Position numbers and translations under genes: made by a program. A stretch of 64,000 nucleotides of DNA, taken from an uncultured Actinomycetes bacterium (GTDB taxonomy: Bacteria > Actinomycetota > Actinomycetes > S36-B12 > UBA10799). Every line of letters starts with the position of its first letter. The stretch's first letter is position 1. The stretch spans positions 268,310 to 332,309 of the forward strand of contig CAWJIH010000009.1 in the NCBI GenBank assembly GCA_963842975.1, written 5' to 3'. Positions 35,695 to 47,141 of this stretch are shown piece after piece. Below the pieces are notes generated by a model. That model saw nothing but the letters and a program-made list of their open reading frames with translations, was not told the origin of the DNA and searched no databases.

Positions 35695-36387
35695 GTGGTG
35701 GCGGACGTGTTGGTGGTCGAAGACGAACGAGATATCCGGGACCTGCTGCGCCGCTACCTGGAGCGCAACGGCCATTCAGTGATGACCACCGGTTCCGGCG
35801 CACAGGCACTGCTGGCGTTGGCCGACCAGCCGCCCGACCTGGTGCTGCTGGATCTGGGATTGCCGGATATCGATGGCCTCGAGGTGCTTGATGTCGCGAA
35901 GCAGGCAGGTATCGCGGTGATCGCGTTGACCGCACGCAGCGCGGTGTCGGATCGAATCGACGGCCTGTCGCGAGGGGCCGACGACTATGTGGTCAAGCCA
36001 TTCAGCCCGCAGGAGGTGGTGCTGCGGGTTTCGGCGGTGCTCGGCCGTGGGGCATTGGCCGATGCCGCGCAGGAAGGCACAGTGTCGTTCGGTGCGGGCC
36101 GGCTGCGCATCGATACCGCGCGGCATGAGGCGATCCTGGATTCCCACAAACTCGATCTCACGCCATCCGAATGGGGGATCCTGGTTGCCCTGGCATCGGC
36201 GCCGGGCAGGGTGTTCTCACGGACGGAACTAGTCAATCGTGCCCGTGGCTACGAATACTCCGGGTTTGAGCGCACGGTCGATTCCCACGTCAAGAATCTG
36301 CGGCGCAAACTGGGTGACTCCGCCACCGAAATCGTGGAAACCGTGCTCGGAGTTGGCTACCGCTTGGGGTTGGATCGTGATCGCTGA
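35695..36387 (+). CDS. OmpR-family two-component response regulator
   Basis: VLVVEDE...DLVLLDLGLPDIDG receiver domain; C-terminal winged helix ...VDSHVKNLRRKL...VLGVGYRL; GTG 35695 chosen as start. Confidence 0.88.
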   Translation: MVADVLVVEDERDIRDLLRRYLERNGHSVMTTGSGAQALLALADQPPDLVLLDLGLPDIDGLEVLDVAKQAGIAVIALTARSAVSDRIDGLSRGADDYVVKPFSPQEVVLRVSAVLGRGALADAAQEGTVSFGAGRLRIDTARHEAILDSHKLDLTPSEWGILVALASAPGRVFSRTELVNRARGYEYSGFERTVDSHVKNLRRKLGDSATEIVETVLGVGYRLGLDRDR

Positions 36388-37772
36388 GCGAGCCCTGCGA
36401 CTGGGACCGTTGGGCCGCCGACTGCTCGCAGCCTTCCTGGTGGTTGCACTGGTGTCGGTGGCGCTGGTGACGGCGGCAGCCTTGATCGGAACCACCCACG
36501 GGATCACTGCGAATCGGGCGGAACTGCGCGCCGCCGCCGCGCAGGGAGCCGCCGACGCGGCTGCCGAGGCCTATGTGGCGGCGGATGGCTGGGAAGATGC
36601 TGACCTACGACGGGCTGGCGCAATCGCGACGGCAGCCGGTGCTCGCCTGGTGGTTCGAGACGCCCAAGGTGAGGTGGTGTCGAACTCAGGTCCGGGTGAG
36701 GCTGGTGATGCCGCGGCCGGACCGCCCGATGACGCTGGTGCAGGCGGTGCCGCAGCGGCCGCCGGGCCGAATGCACTGGTCCGACCGGTGGTGGCCGACG
36801 GCGTTGAGGTGGGTTCGGTGCGTGTGGGATTTGGCCCGACCCAGCCCGGGCCCGGCCAACAGATCGCCTGGACCTGGACCCTCGCGGCGGCGATCGTGGC
36901 AATGCTGATCGCCACCATCGCTGCCTGGTTCGTCGCCCGGCGCATCACCGGCCCGCTAAATACCCTGATGGGTGCGGTTCGAGGTTTCGCCGCAGGTGAC
37001 CGCACTCAGCGCGCTGAGTCATCGGCCACCGACGCGCCTGGTGAACTCGGGGAATTGGCGCGATCGTTCAACTCAACAGCAGATTCAGTGGCGCTGTCGG
37101 AGGCGACTCGGCGACGCATGGCTGCCGATGTCGCACACGAGTTGCGGACTCCGTTGGCGGCGCTGCAGGCAGGTCTGGAGGAACTCACGGACGGATATCT
37201 GGATCCGGAGCCAGAGGTGCTTCGAGGCCTGCACGCGCAGTCTGTTCGATTGGGACGGATCGTGGCCGACCTATCCGAACTCACCAACGCCGAGTCGGCT
37301 TCACTGTCGATGGCTCGGGTGGCGGTGGACGTGGGGGAGATCGCAGCTGACGCGGTCGACGCCGCGACTCCGGTGCTGGCCGCTGGCGGGGGTAGCCGTC
37401 CGTACAGAGTTGGCGCCGGATTGCTGCATTGTTGGAGATGCGGATCGGCTGCATCAAGCACTGACCAACATGTTGAGCAACGCGGCGCGGTATTGCCGCT
37501 CCGGCGACGAGGTCAAGGTGGCGGTTTCGGCTGCGGATTCGGAGGTGGTGTTGACGGTGGCGGACACCGGTCCCGGGATCCCCTCGGCCGACCTGGACCG
37601 GGTTTTCGAGCGTTTGTGGCGAGGCACCGCAGACTCCGGCAGCCACGGTTTGGGAATCGGCTTGGCGGTGGTGAAATCTATCGTTGTTGCCCACGGGGGC
37701 ACAGTTGCGGTGGCCTCGGAGGCTGGCGCTGGCACCCAGTTTCAACTGCGGTTCCCGCGGCTGAATTCATGA
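36377..37772 (+). pseudogene. sensor histidine kinase, apparent frameshift at the G5 run 37388-37392
   Basis: TM, HAMP and H-box (ADVAHELRTPLAAL) lie in the 36239 frame. The N/G1/G2 boxes (LTNMLSNAARY, DTGPGIP, GLGIGLAVV) lie in the 36972 frame. The start overlaps the regulator stop. Confidence 0.8.
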
Positions 37773-37901
37773 TTCGTCTGGGTGAGGTTCAGATTCCGCA
37801 AACAAGGCCCGGACGGCAGTGACACCTCAGCGGGGATGCGCCATGCTGGTGAGGTAAAGCGCAATCAGCGCACCCTTTCCCAGCGTGATCCAGGAGGCCA
37901 T

Positions 37902-38420
37902 ATGTCCGATCTCATTGTCATCGGCTACGACGAAGAAGCCACCGGCCGACAGGCCTACGAGGAAGTGTTGAAACTCAACGAGGACATGGTTGTCCAACTC
38001 GAGGGTTTGGCCGTCGTCACGATGGATGAGCACGGCAAAAAGCACGTCGAGACGCCCACAAAACTTGTGGGTTCCGGTGCTGCCTTTGGCGCCCTTTGGG
38101 GACTGCTGATCGGCGTGCTGTTCTTCGTGCCGGTTTTCGGTCTCGCACTTGGTGGGGCCATGGGCGCCCTCATGGGCAAGATGGGCAAGTCGGGCATCAA
38201 CGACAAGTTCCGCAAGCAAGTCAACGACATGATGAAGCCAGGCACCGCAGCCGTGGTCATCATGGCTTCGAAGATCACCGAGGACAAGTTTGCCGAGGCG
38301 ATGAAGCCGTTCGGCGGCAACCTGCTGAAGACCTCACTCTCGACTGAGGACGAGCAGGAGCTTGCGCATGAGCTCGCTGGCGAGACAGCCAACGACGCCA
38401 GTGCGGAGGCAGGCGCCTAG
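37902..38420 (+). CDS. DUF1269 membrane protein
   Basis: MSDLIVIGYDEE..., Gly-rich TM pair GALWGLLIGVLFFVPVFGLALGGAMGALMG; GGAGG RBS before ATG 37902. Confidence 0.7.
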   Translation: MSDLIVIGYDEEATGRQAYEEVLKLNEDMVVQLEGLAVVTMDEHGKKHVETPTKLVGSGAAFGALWGLLIGVLFFVPVFGLALGGAMGALMGKMGKSGINDKFRKQVNDMMKPGTAAVVIMASKITEDKFAEAMKPFGGNLLKTSLSTEDEQELAHELAGETANDASAEAGA

Positions 38421-38461
38421 CAGGGCACCGAGGCCAAGGCCAAGTAGCAGTATCGACCCTC

Positions 38462-38505
38462 GGGCCGGTGCCGATCGTGTGACGATCGGCACCGGCCCGT
38501 TTTCG
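38462..38505 (+). terminator. strong rho-independent terminator after the DUF1269 gene
   Basis: GGGCCGGTGCCGATCG-TGTGA-CGATCGGCACCGGCCC (perfect 16-bp stem) followed by GTTTTCG. It lies inside the 5' extension of the 38362 track ORF, which argues for a later ndh start. Confidence 0.85.
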
Positions 38506-38538
38506 ACTGACGGCCCAAATCTGCGTTGGCTTGGCACA

Positions 38539-39945
38539 ATGGACCCCATGACAATGGCCGAGGACGGACTGGATCAGCACCGACCGCAGCGATCTGAGCC
38601 CCAGGCTGCCGATCCGGTGCCTTCCGCAGGTCGGCCCCGAGTTGTGATCGTCGGTTCGGGATTCGGTGGGTTATTCGCCGCCAAGCACCTGAAGCGCGCC
38701 AAGGTGGATGTCACCCTGATTTCGTCGTCCCCGAACCACCTCTTCCAACCGCTGCTCTATCAAGTGGCCACCGGAATCCTCTCCGAAGGGCTGATTGCTC
38801 CGCCCACGAGGGACATCCTCAAACGCTCTCGCAACACCGAAGTCCTGCTGGGCACCGTGACGGACATTGACCTGGCAGCGCACCAGGTCACGTCCGAAGT
38901 TGGTTCGGTGCAAACCACCACCGACTACGACTATCTGATCGTGGCCGCCGGCGCTGGTTCGTCGTACTTCGGTCATGACGACTATGAACTGTTCGCTCCC
39001 GGACTCAAGACCTTGGACGATGCCAAGGAGCTGCGGGCGCGCATCTTCGGTGCGTTCGAGTCTGCAGAATTACTCGCCGACGAGCAGGACGTGACCGAAT
39101 GGCTGACTTTCGTGGTGGTCGGCGCCGGACCCACCGGGGTGGAAATGGCTGGGCAGATTCGGGAACTCGCCAAGCGTTCGCTCAAGCGAAACTTCCGGCG
39201 GATCAACCCGGCCGATGCCCGAGTGGTGCTGGTCGACGGGGCCGATCAGGTGTTGGCGCCGTTCGGACCGAAGCAAGGCGTGCACACCCAGAAGTCGCTG
39301 GAAGACATGGGCATCGAGGTCAAGCTCAACGCCATGGTCGACCAAGTCGACGCCACAGGAGTCACGGTGAAACATCCGGATGGCACCACCGAGCGGATTC
39401 CTTCACGATGCAAGGTGTGGGCCGCGGGCGTGTCGGCATCGCCGTTGGCGGCCCAGTTAGCTGCTCAAACAGGCGTTGAGGTGGACCGTGCCGGACGGAT
39501 CCCGACACTGCCGGATCTGTCCTTGCCAGGGCATCCCGAGGTGTTCGTCGTGGGCGACATGGTGACGTTGAATGGCTACCCGGGGGTGGCGCAGGTGGCT
39601 ATGCAGGGCGGTGAGTTCGTGGCCAAACGCATCAAACGTCTAGCTGAAGGCAGGGAGGCGGACCGGAACGAAGAATTCCACTATCGAGACAAGGGCTCGA
39701 TGGCCACGATCTCGCGGTTCCGGGCAGTGGCGAACATCGGCCCGCTGAAGGTCCGCGGTTTTCCGGCCTGGGTGCTGTGGTTGGTGATCCACATCTCGTT
39801 CTTGGTGGGATTCCATCAACGCGTGACCACCCTGGGCCATTGGGCGGTTTCCTTCGTTGGGCGCACTCGAACGGAACGGACCTTCGTACTCAACGACGTT
39901 GAACTTGAACACGCCCGTCGGCACCCCGCCGACGATAAGGCGTGA
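38539..39945 (+). CDS. ndh: type II NADH:quinone oxidoreductase
   Basis: VVIVGSGFGGLFAAK and VVVGAGPTGVEMAG dinucleotide-binding motifs; start ATG 38539 (38548 or 38554 also possible). Confidence 0.88.
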   Translation: MDPMTMAEDGLDQHRPQRSEPQAADPVPSAGRPRVVIVGSGFGGLFAAKHLKRAKVDVTLISSSPNHLFQPLLYQVATGILSEGLIAPPTRDILKRSRNTEVLLGTVTDIDLAAHQVTSEVGSVQTTTDYDYLIVAAGAGSSYFGHDDYELFAPGLKTLDDAKELRARIFGAFESAELLADEQDVTEWLTFVVVGAGPTGVEMAGQIRELAKRSLKRNFRRINPADARVVLVDGADQVLAPFGPKQGVHTQKSLEDMGIEVKLNAMVDQVDATGVTVKHPDGTTERIPSRCKVWAAGVSASPLAAQLAAQTGVEVDRAGRIPTLPDLSLPGHPEVFVVGDMVTLNGYPGVAQVAMQGGEFVAKRIKRLAEGREADRNEEFHYRDKGSMATISRFRAVANIGPLKVRGFPAWVLWLVIHISFLVGFHQRVTTLGHWAVSFVGRTRTERTFVLNDVELEHARRHPADDKA

Positions 39946-39968
39946 GCCCACACAAGTCTGGAGTTTCG

Positions 39969-41369
39969 CTAGAGCGGTGACGTGCCGGTGACCACCATCT
40001 GCGGACGGCCCAAACCGTCGAGGCCCAAAACCTCATCGCCGGTTGCGGCTGGGCCACAGCGCACGATTTGATCGGCATACTGCGGATCTCGGTCGATTAG
40101 GTCGTGGCATGCAGCCAGTGCCCGTTGGCCCCAGTAGTTGGGGTGCACCGGCAGCGTCGCTGCGTCGGCGACACGGCCGGACACGGACTTCATGAGGGTG
40201 GGGTAGCGCTGCGCCGCACACTTCGCGTCCGGGTTTCGGCCGATGCAGTTGATGATGATCGGTGCCACCCAGGCGCCTCCTTGCCCGGCGAACTGGTCAA
40301 ACTGCGCCACGGTGGTGTTGGTCTGCGGGCCGTTGTTTTTCGGTGGGTTGTACTTGGTGCACAACTCGTGCGCAGTGAAACTAGGCGCCATCACGACCAC
40401 GTTGACGCCTGCCAACGCGCCCTTCTTCGCCTCCTGCACGCCGGCGATCATGGCGTTGGATAAACCGGGCAGCATCGTGTTTTGGAAGAACGTGAGATCG
40501 CCGTCGGTGAAGGGACACCCGCCGTAGTCTTGCCGTCCCCAACCGTGGTCGCCGCCCAACGTCGGCCACAGATCCTGCGGGCTGGGCACGATCATGGGCG
40601 GTAGTTGGTAGGCGATGGTGTACGAGTCCGGGGCCCGCCCGGCGGCGTCCATCGCGGTCCGGACATTGGTGAACGCCTTTGTGACATTGGCCTGCACCGT
40701 GGGCAGGCTGGCCATCGCTGCGCCGACGGGAGTCTTCGGATCATCCGCGGATTTCCAGCACGCCGACGCCAGGGGGATCACGAACTGTTGGGCGCAGTAG
40801 GCGACGACGTCGGCGAAACCTGCATCGTTTCCTCCGATCGAGACCATCACCACCGGCAGGTCGTCGCCGTTGGCGGTGACTTCGGTGGCGAACTGCTGCA
40901 ACTGAGCGGCCTGACCGGTGCCGTTGTCGAAGTCGAGGCCGGGTTTGTAGACCCCATCGGAATTGGTGTGTGAATACGTCAGTGCCCCAGAACATGCGAT
41001 GTTCTTACCGGTGCTGTCTTGGCCGCCGGAGAACATCGCCGCTGAGGCTGACCGGTGGCACATACCGCCAGGTTGGCCGGAATAGTCCCCGGGAAAGGTC
41101 TGCTCAAGGCTTGCCCCGAAAGCGAGCACCCGCCAGTCGCCAGGGGAGTTGTTGCCGTAGTTCTTGCCCATCCACGAGGCACCCTCACCAGACATGAAGG
41201 AGTCACCGATTCCCACCACCCAGGTGCGCTTCTCAGGTGTGGGATCGGGTTCCGCGGCGACTGCAGCGGGCATGGTGACACACGCAGTGGCCAGCAGCGC
41301 CGTTGCGGACAGCCCAGCGAGGGCGGCACGGGCACCGGCTGGAGAGAAAACGTGCAGGCCTGCAGACAT
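39969..41369 (-). CDS. secreted SGNH/GDSL-family hydrolase
   Basis: Signal peptide; GIGDSFMSGEG (block I Ser), VSIGGNDAGF (block III). Confidence 0.65.
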   Translation of the reverse strand: MSAGLHVFSPAGARAALAGLSATALLATACVTMPAAVAAEPDPTPEKRTWVVGIGDSFMSGEGASWMGKNYGNNSPGDWRVLAFGASLEQTFPGDYSGQPGGMCHRSASAAMFSGGQDSTGKNIACSGALTYSHTNSDGVYKPGLDFDNGTGQAAQLQQFATEVTANGDDLPVVMVSIGGNDAGFADVVAYCAQQFVIPLASACWKSADDPKTPVGAAMASLPTVQANVTKAFTNVRTAMDAAGRAPDSYTIAYQLPPMIVPSPQDLWPTLGGDHGWGRQDYGGCPFTDGDLTFFQNTMLPGLSNAMIAGVQEAKKGALAGVNVVVMAPSFTAHELCTKYNPPKNNGPQTNTTVAQFDQFAGQGGAWVAPIIINCIGRNPDAKCAAQRYPTLMKSVSGRVADAATLPVHPNYWGQRALAACHDLIDRDPQYADQIVRCGPAATGDEVLGLDGLGRPQMVVTGTSPL

Positions 41370-41761
41370 GGGGCTCCACTTCTCCGATCAGGTCCCCGCC
41401 TAGTCATTGCCGACCCTAACGCGCCACAACGCGGCAGGTCGAATCAGCGCGGAACGCGATCCTGGACCACCGCGGCCACTCAGTTGGTTGCGCTGGCTGC
41501 TACGGTTGCATCACCGCCCGGCCATTGTCGGGCAGGTTGGCTCTGCAGCCGTGTGGCCCGAATGCGCTCGTGTGAAGCGTTCGGTGCCGGAATGGATCGG
41601 CGCAGCCAAGGCCTCTGCGGTACTCAGGAGCTACTGATCGCGGCCACCTTCATGTGATCCCCAGACTCGACGTCTTCGGCGGTTGTGCGCGTTGCGATGT
41701 GACGCCACCGCCTGATCCGACTTCGACTGCGGACACCACCCGTTCTTCAGGAGCACAACGC

Positions 41762-43009
41762 ATGACCACCGCAACCCCCATGAACCCTGTGACCACCCCG
41801 ATAGCTGACCTCGGCCTGCCAGCCACGCTGGTGGATTCGCTTGCCAAACGCGGAATCACCACCGCATTCGACATCCAGGCCCAGACCATTCCACCGGCCT
41901 TGGCCGGTCGCGATGTCTGTGGCAAAGCCCCGACCGGCTCGGGAAAGACGTTGGCGTTCGGCATCCCAGTGGTGCAGCGCGTCCAGAAGGCACGGCCGAA
42001 ACGGCCCCGGGCGCTCATCTTGAGCCCCACCCGTGAACTGGCATCCCAGATTGCCGGTGAGCTTCGACTGCTCATCGGCGACCGCAACATCTCCGTTGCC
42101 ACCTTCTACGGCGGCGTGGGCTTCGGTCCGCAACTGTCCGCGTTGCGCCGCGGTGTGGACATCGCCGTGGCGTGTCCAGGGCGACTCGCCGACCTGATTC
42201 GCAGAGGTGACGTCTCGCTGGCCGACGTCGATCTGGTGGTCCTTGACGAGGCCGACCGGATGGCCGACATGGGCTTTCTCCCCGAGGTTCGGCGGCTGCT
42301 CAACCAAGTGCGACCGGACCGCCAGACACTGCTCTTCTCTGCCACCCTCGACGGTGCCATCAACGTGTTGGTGCGCGACTACCAGCGCGACCCATTGCAC
42401 TGCGAGGTAACTGCAGACCCTGACCAGGTCGATCGGACGACCCACAGTTTCGTCTCGGTGCGACGCGATGGTCGCGTGGCGATGGCCGCAAACCTGGTCA
42501 ATGCCCATGGCAGTGCGGTGGTGTTCTGCCGCACCAAGCGTGGGGCCGACCGCGTGGCCAAACAACTCGGCAATGCCGGTGTCGCTGCCGTGGCCATCCA
42601 CGGTGGCCGCAGCCAAAGCCAGCGCGACCGGGCGTTGGACAGCTTCGCGCGGGGCAAGGCGCAGGCCCTCGTCGCCACGGATGTGGCAGCCCGCGGCATC
42701 CACATCGACGATGTGCAATGTGTGGTGCACTTCGACATCGCCGGTGACCACAAGGACTATGTGCACCGCTCGGGCCGCACTGGTCGCGCCGGGGCCGAAG
42801 GCACTGTGGTGTCGCTGTTCACCGATGAGGATGCCGCCGCAGTGCGCACCTTGCAGCGGGCCCTCGGGTTTGAGGTCACCGTCGGTGGCGGCGCTAGCCA
42901 GGGGGCTGCGCGAAATGGCAACCAGGGATCGTCTCGGAATGGCCGTCCCGGCACCGCGCGCAACGGCCGCCGAAGCTCCTCGCAGAGCACCCGGCGCCGC
43001 TCCCGGTAG
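41762..43009 (+). CDS. DEAD-box ATP-dependent RNA helicase
   Basis: FDIQAQTIP Q-motif, APTGSGKT, PTRELA, DEADRM, SAT, HRSGRTGRAG; basic C-terminal tail. Confidence 0.9.
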   Translation: MTTATPMNPVTTPIADLGLPATLVDSLAKRGITTAFDIQAQTIPPALAGRDVCGKAPTGSGKTLAFGIPVVQRVQKARPKRPRALILSPTRELASQIAGELRLLIGDRNISVATFYGGVGFGPQLSALRRGVDIAVACPGRLADLIRRGDVSLADVDLVVLDEADRMADMGFLPEVRRLLNQVRPDRQTLLFSATLDGAINVLVRDYQRDPLHCEVTADPDQVDRTTHSFVSVRRDGRVAMAANLVNAHGSAVVFCRTKRGADRVAKQLGNAGVAAVAIHGGRSQSQRDRALDSFARGKAQALVATDVAARGIHIDDVQCVVHFDIAGDHKDYVHRSGRTGRAGAEGTVVSLFTDEDAAAVRTLQRALGFEVTVGGGASQGAARNGNQGSSRNGRPGTARNGRRSSSQSTRRRSR

Positions 43010-43118
43010 TCGGCGCACCCGCCACGAACTCTGCGGCGCAACGGGCCACCGAACGTCGGCGAATGTCGAATCGGCTCGCCGTTCTCAGCGCGGGCAGGTC
43101 TCGCCGGCGACTTCGGGT

Positions 43119-43325
43119 TTACTTCGCGACTTCGTAGCCGGCTTCGTCGACGGCCGCACGAATCGCGGCATCGTCCAGGCCGCTGCCCTGCACGGTCACG
43201 GTTCCGGTTTCGAGGTCGACCTTGACCTCGGTGACACCGGCCACCGAGCTGACCTCGTCGGTCACGGCGTTCACGCAGTGTTGGCAGGTCATCCCGGTGA
43301 CGGTGTAGCTGGTGGTCTCGGACAT
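43119..43325 (-). CDS. copZ: heavy-metal-associated copper chaperone
   Basis: 68 aa with the GMTCQHC metal-binding motif. Confidence 0.88.
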   Translation of the reverse strand: MSETTSYTVTGMTCQHCVNAVTDEVSSVAGVTEVKVDLETGTVTVQGSGLDDAAIRAAVDEAGYEVAK

Positions 43326-43365
43326 TGTGATCTCCTCACGTTGCGGACTTAGGGCGGTGCGGGAC

Positions 43366-45657
43366 TTAGGCGGTGCGGCCTTTGAAGCGGCGCAGTCGCA
43401 GACTATTCGTCACCACGAACACCGACGAGAAGGCCATCGCTGCACCGGCCACCAAAGGGTTGAGCAGTCCGGCCATGGCCAGGGGAATCGCGGCGACGTT
43501 GTAGGCGAACGCCCAGAACAGGTTCCCCTGGATCGTTCGTAGGGTGCGTCGCGAAAGGGCAACCGCATCTGCGGCAGCACGCAAGTCCCCGCTGACGAGG
43601 GTGAGGTCGCTGGCCTCAATTGCGACGTCAGTTCCGGTGCCCATGGAGATGCCAAGATCGGCCGCGGCCAGCGCCGCGGCGTCGTTCACGCCGTCGCCGA
43701 CCATGGCGACAACGTGGCCGGAATCCTGCAATCGCCGCACATGGTTGAGTTTGTCCGCGGGAAGCACATCAGCGATCACCTCGGAGATGCCCACCTCAGT
43801 GGCGACTGCATGCGCAGCTCGGGTGTTGTCTCCAGTGAGCAGTACCGGAGTGAGCCCCAAATCGCGCAGCTCAGCAATTGCGGTGGCGCTGGTCAGTTTG
43901 ACGGTGTCGGACACCACTGCGATGCCGACGGCGCGGCCGTCCGCGGCGATTCCCACCACAGTGCGCCCCAACTCTTGGGCTTCCGCTGCGGCAGCAGCGA
44001 GACTCTCAGGCAGCTCCACTGCCCAGTCCTCAGCCAGCCAACTGAGGCGCCCGGCCAAGACAGCGCGCCCCGCCACCACCCCGGCGACCCCACGACCGGG
44101 GGTGTTGACGAAGTCGGACGTCGGCTCTGGGGCACCGAATCGGTCAATCGCGTGGGCGGCGATGGCTCGTCCGATCGGATGCTCGGAGCCGTGCTCGAGG
44201 GCGCCGGCCAACTTCGCCACTTCGGCAGCGTCCTCACCGTCGGCGACGATGATGGCCTGCACGCGCATCTCACCTGTGGTGACGGTGCCGGTTTTGTCGA
44301 GCACGACGGTGTCGACGCGTCGGGTTGATTCCAGAACTTGTGGGCCCTTGATGAGGATGCCCAACTGGGCGGCTCGGCCAGTGCCCACCAGCAGGGCGGT
44401 CGGGGTGGCAAGCCCGAGGGCACAAGGGCAAGCGATGATCAGCACCGCAACAGCGGCGGTAAAGGCCGCCTGCACGTCGCCGGTGAACACTAGCCAACCG
44501 GCCAGGGTGGCCACCGACAGCAGCAGTACGACTGGGACGAATACGCCCGAGATCCGATCGGCCAGGCGCTGCACCGGGGACTTGCCGGACTGCGCTTCGC
44601 TGACCAACTTGGCCATTTGGGCGAGCTGGGTATCCGAACCGACTCGGGTTGCCTGCACCAGCAGTCGGCCGCCGGTGTTGATGGTGGCACCCACGACGGC
44701 GTCACCTGGTGAGACGTCGACCGGCACCGACTCGCCGGTCAGCATGGAGGCGTCGATGCTCGAGTCACCGTCGAGGATGACGCCGTCGGTGGCGATCTTT
44801 CCGCCCGGCCGGACGACGAACTCATCACCGACCGCCAGCTGGCTGATCGGAATCCGAGTTTCGGCACCATCTCGGAGCACCACAACGTCCTTGGCGCCGA
44901 GATTCAGCAAGAACCGCAACGCCTCGGAGGAACGTGATTTGGCGCGAAGTTCAAGGAAGCGGCCAAGCAGGATGAACACTGTTACCGCCGCGGCAACTTC
45001 GAGGTAGATGCTGGCGCCGGGGTGTGCACCAATCAACTCGAAATTCATGGTCATACCGGGCATTCCGGCATCGCCGAGGAAGAGCGCGTAGACCGACCAC
45101 AAGAAGGCTGCGCTGACTCCGATGCTGATGAGGGTGTCCATTGTGGCTGCGCCGTGACGAGCGTTGAGCCAGGCGGCACGATGAAATGGCCACGCCCCCC
45201 AGACTGCAACTGGGGCCGCGAGCGTCAGCGAAGCCCACTGCCAGTAGGTGAATTGGAATGCCGGGATCATCGCCATCAGCACGACTGGGATCGTGAGGAG
45301 GGTAGAGATCACCAACCGCTGCCGCAGGTTGGCCAATTCCTCGGCGTGAGGGTCCGCAGGGTCCGCGGGCTGGTCGCCTAGTGAGCCATCCAAGCCTTCG
45401 TCGGACCCGAGTGTGGGCACTTCCGGTTCGATGGTCGCTGCAGAGTAGCCGGTGGCCTTGATCACCGAGATGAGCTCGTCGGCCTCAACATCGGCTGGCA
45501 CTGTGACGGTCGCGCGTTCGGTGGCATAGTTCACTTCTGCGGTCACGTCGGGGAGTCGGTTGAGTTTCTTCTCCACCCGCGCTGCACACGAGGTACACGT
45601 CATGCCGCCGATCTGCAGCTCCAACACTCGGCTGCCGTCGGCAAGCGTGCTGGACAT
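43366..45657 (-). CDS. copA: copper-translocating P1B-type ATPase
   Basis: N-terminal GMTCTSC HMA domain, CPC in a TM helix, DKTGT phosphorylation site, GDGVNDA hinge. Confidence 0.93.
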   Translation of the reverse strand: MSSTLADGSRVLELQIGGMTCTSCAARVEKKLNRLPDVTAEVNYATERATVTVPADVEADELISVIKATGYSAATIEPEVPTLGSDEGLDGSLGDQPADPADPHAEELANLRQRLVISTLLTIPVVLMAMIPAFQFTYWQWASLTLAAPVAVWGAWPFHRAAWLNARHGAATMDTLISIGVSAAFLWSVYALFLGDAGMPGMTMNFELIGAHPGASIYLEVAAAVTVFILLGRFLELRAKSRSSEALRFLLNLGAKDVVVLRDGAETRIPISQLAVGDEFVVRPGGKIATDGVILDGDSSIDASMLTGESVPVDVSPGDAVVGATINTGGRLLVQATRVGSDTQLAQMAKLVSEAQSGKSPVQRLADRISGVFVPVVLLLSVATLAGWLVFTGDVQAAFTAAVAVLIIACPCALGLATPTALLVGTGRAAQLGILIKGPQVLESTRRVDTVVLDKTGTVTTGEMRVQAIIVADGEDAAEVAKLAGALEHGSEHPIGRAIAAHAIDRFGAPEPTSDFVNTPGRGVAGVVAGRAVLAGRLSWLAEDWAVELPESLAAAAAEAQELGRTVVGIAADGRAVGIAVVSDTVKLTSATAIAELRDLGLTPVLLTGDNTRAAHAVATEVGISEVIADVLPADKLNHVRRLQDSGHVVAMVGDGVNDAAALAAADLGISMGTGTDVAIEASDLTLVSGDLRAAADAVALSRRTLRTIQGNLFWAFAYNVAAIPLAMAGLLNPLVAGAAMAFSSVFVVTNSLRLRRFKGRTA

Positions 45658-45785
45658 GTCGTCCTCCTCTGCCTGTTCCAGTCATCTGCGTGGTGACGCA
45701 GCATGATTCGGTGACGCCTGCGGCAACGCAAGGCGGGTCCCTGATCATTCCTGATTCTGGAATGTCGAGTCCGCAGGACACTGTG

Positions 45786-46520
45786 TCAGGCCGTGAGGTC
45801 GCCTCGAAGCACGGAGACCGAGGAGTGCGTTGGATCACCATCAAGCGGTTCTTCGGAGATGTCTACGGCAGAGAACGCCGTGAGGTCAACGCCGGCGGGG
45901 ATCGGCAGCATGGTCTGGTGGCTCCCGGCGGGCACCGCCCCCACGGCGATCATGCCGCCGGTATCAAGGTTGAGCAGCCACACCTCATAGAAACCTTGTG
46001 GATCGGCGAGGTCGTTGGTGGTCACGAGCAGAACCTCGACCCCGTCCACCACCGCGACCTCAGCGTAGCCGGTCTGCGGACCAGCAGGGCCATCCTGGAC
46101 CGGACCCAGAGCTGCGGCGGCAAGCACTGTTGGCTCGGTCTGCCAGGCTCCTACTGCGGCGACGAGTCCAGCACCGACGATGAGTCCGACCACAGCAGCC
46201 GCGAGCAGCGGAAACATCGGCCAGCCTCGCGAGCGAGTACGCCGAGTGGGGAACTCCACCACCGACGCTGAACCTGCCTGGTCGGCTGACGAAAGACGCT
46301 CGTTGATCCCTCGCCAGACAGATGCCGGCGGGGCAACCCCAGGCGGTTCCGACACACTGTCGCGTCCGAGATCCACGACACGGGACATGTCGTCGACTTC
46401 CATCCGGCAGACCAGGCACGAATCGATATGCACTCGGGCGCCGTCGTCAAGTGTTTCGCCGAGAGCCGCCAGCAGGATGTCGTCGTCGGACAGATGTGAC
46501 TGGAGGTCGCCGCTAGGCAT
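45786..46520 (-). CDS. anti-sigma factor with RskA-type C-terminal domain
   Basis: N-terminal anti-sigma region, one central TM helix, C-terminal ...YEVWLLN...PLDGDPTHSSVSVLRG pattern; overlaps the sigma gene stop. Confidence 0.7.
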   Translation of the reverse strand: MPSGDLQSHLSDDDILLAALGETLDDGARVHIDSCLVCRMEVDDMSRVVDLGRDSVSEPPGVAPPASVWRGINERLSSADQAGSASVVEFPTRRTRSRGWPMFPLLAAAVVGLIVGAGLVAAVGAWQTEPTVLAAAALGPVQDGPAGPQTGYAEVAVVDGVEVLLVTTNDLADPQGFYEVWLLNLDTGGMIAVGAVPAGSHQTMLPIPAGVDLTAFSAVDISEEPLDGDPTHSSVSVLRGDLTA

Positions 46521-47067
46521 GTCGGCTTTCCTCCAATCGGCTTCGCAGTTTGGTCAGACTGCGCCTGAGGTGACTCTTGACAGTCCCCAGGGGCATGTCC
46601 AACCGATGTGCGATCTCGGTGTGGGTCAGTTGCTCGAAAAATGCAAGTTCGACAATGGTGCGGGCCGGTTGCTCTAGGGAATCGAGTTCGTCGCGGATGA
46701 TGATCCGATCCACGACGACCTCGGAGTGGTCTGGCCCGGCAGGATCGTTCGAAGTTGGGTTCTCGTAGTGCTCGGCGGTTGACACCTCCCGAACCGCCAC
46801 GGGTTTGCGCAAGTGATCAATTGCCCGGCGTCTCGCAATCGAGGTGAGCCAGGACTTGAACGGAGCACGGGCGGGGTCATATGACTCCCGCCCGTGCCAC
46901 GCTGAAAGAAATGTTGCTTGGGTGATGTCGGCAGCGTCGTCGGGGTGGCCAACCGTACGAAGGGCGATGGTGTAGATCAATCCGCCCCACTGCTGGTAGG
47001 CCCGCTCCACCGCGTCCGGGTCGCCGGCAGCAAAAGCCTGCCCGACAGCGTCCTCGATCGCGACCAT
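46513..47067 (-). CDS. ECF (sigma-70 family group IV) RNA polymerase sigma factor
   Basis: Region 2 (...DAADITQATFLSAW...) and region 4 (...LTHTEIAHRLDMPLGTVKSHLRR) signatures. Confidence 0.85.
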   Translation of the reverse strand: MVAIEDAVGQAFAAGDPDAVERAYQQWGGLIYTIALRTVGHPDDAADITQATFLSAWHGRESYDPARAPFKSWLTSIARRRAIDHLRKPVAVREVSTAEHYENPTSNDPAGPDHSEVVVDRIIIRDELDSLEQPARTIVELAFFEQLTHTEIAHRLDMPLGTVKSHLRRSLTKLRSRLEESRHA

Positions 47068-47141
47068 GGGATTCAGTCTCCCATAAATCGGCCTCGATCA
47101 AATCGACCCGCAACACGATGGTCGCCCTCTGCCTTTGTCCC

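Noticed and set aside
43010-45790. Missing copper-responsive regulator (CsoR/CopY/CueR) for copZ-copA
   Set aside because: I looked for a small regulator ORF adjacent to the operon on either side and found none. Absence within this window is not informative because the regulator may be encoded elsewhere.
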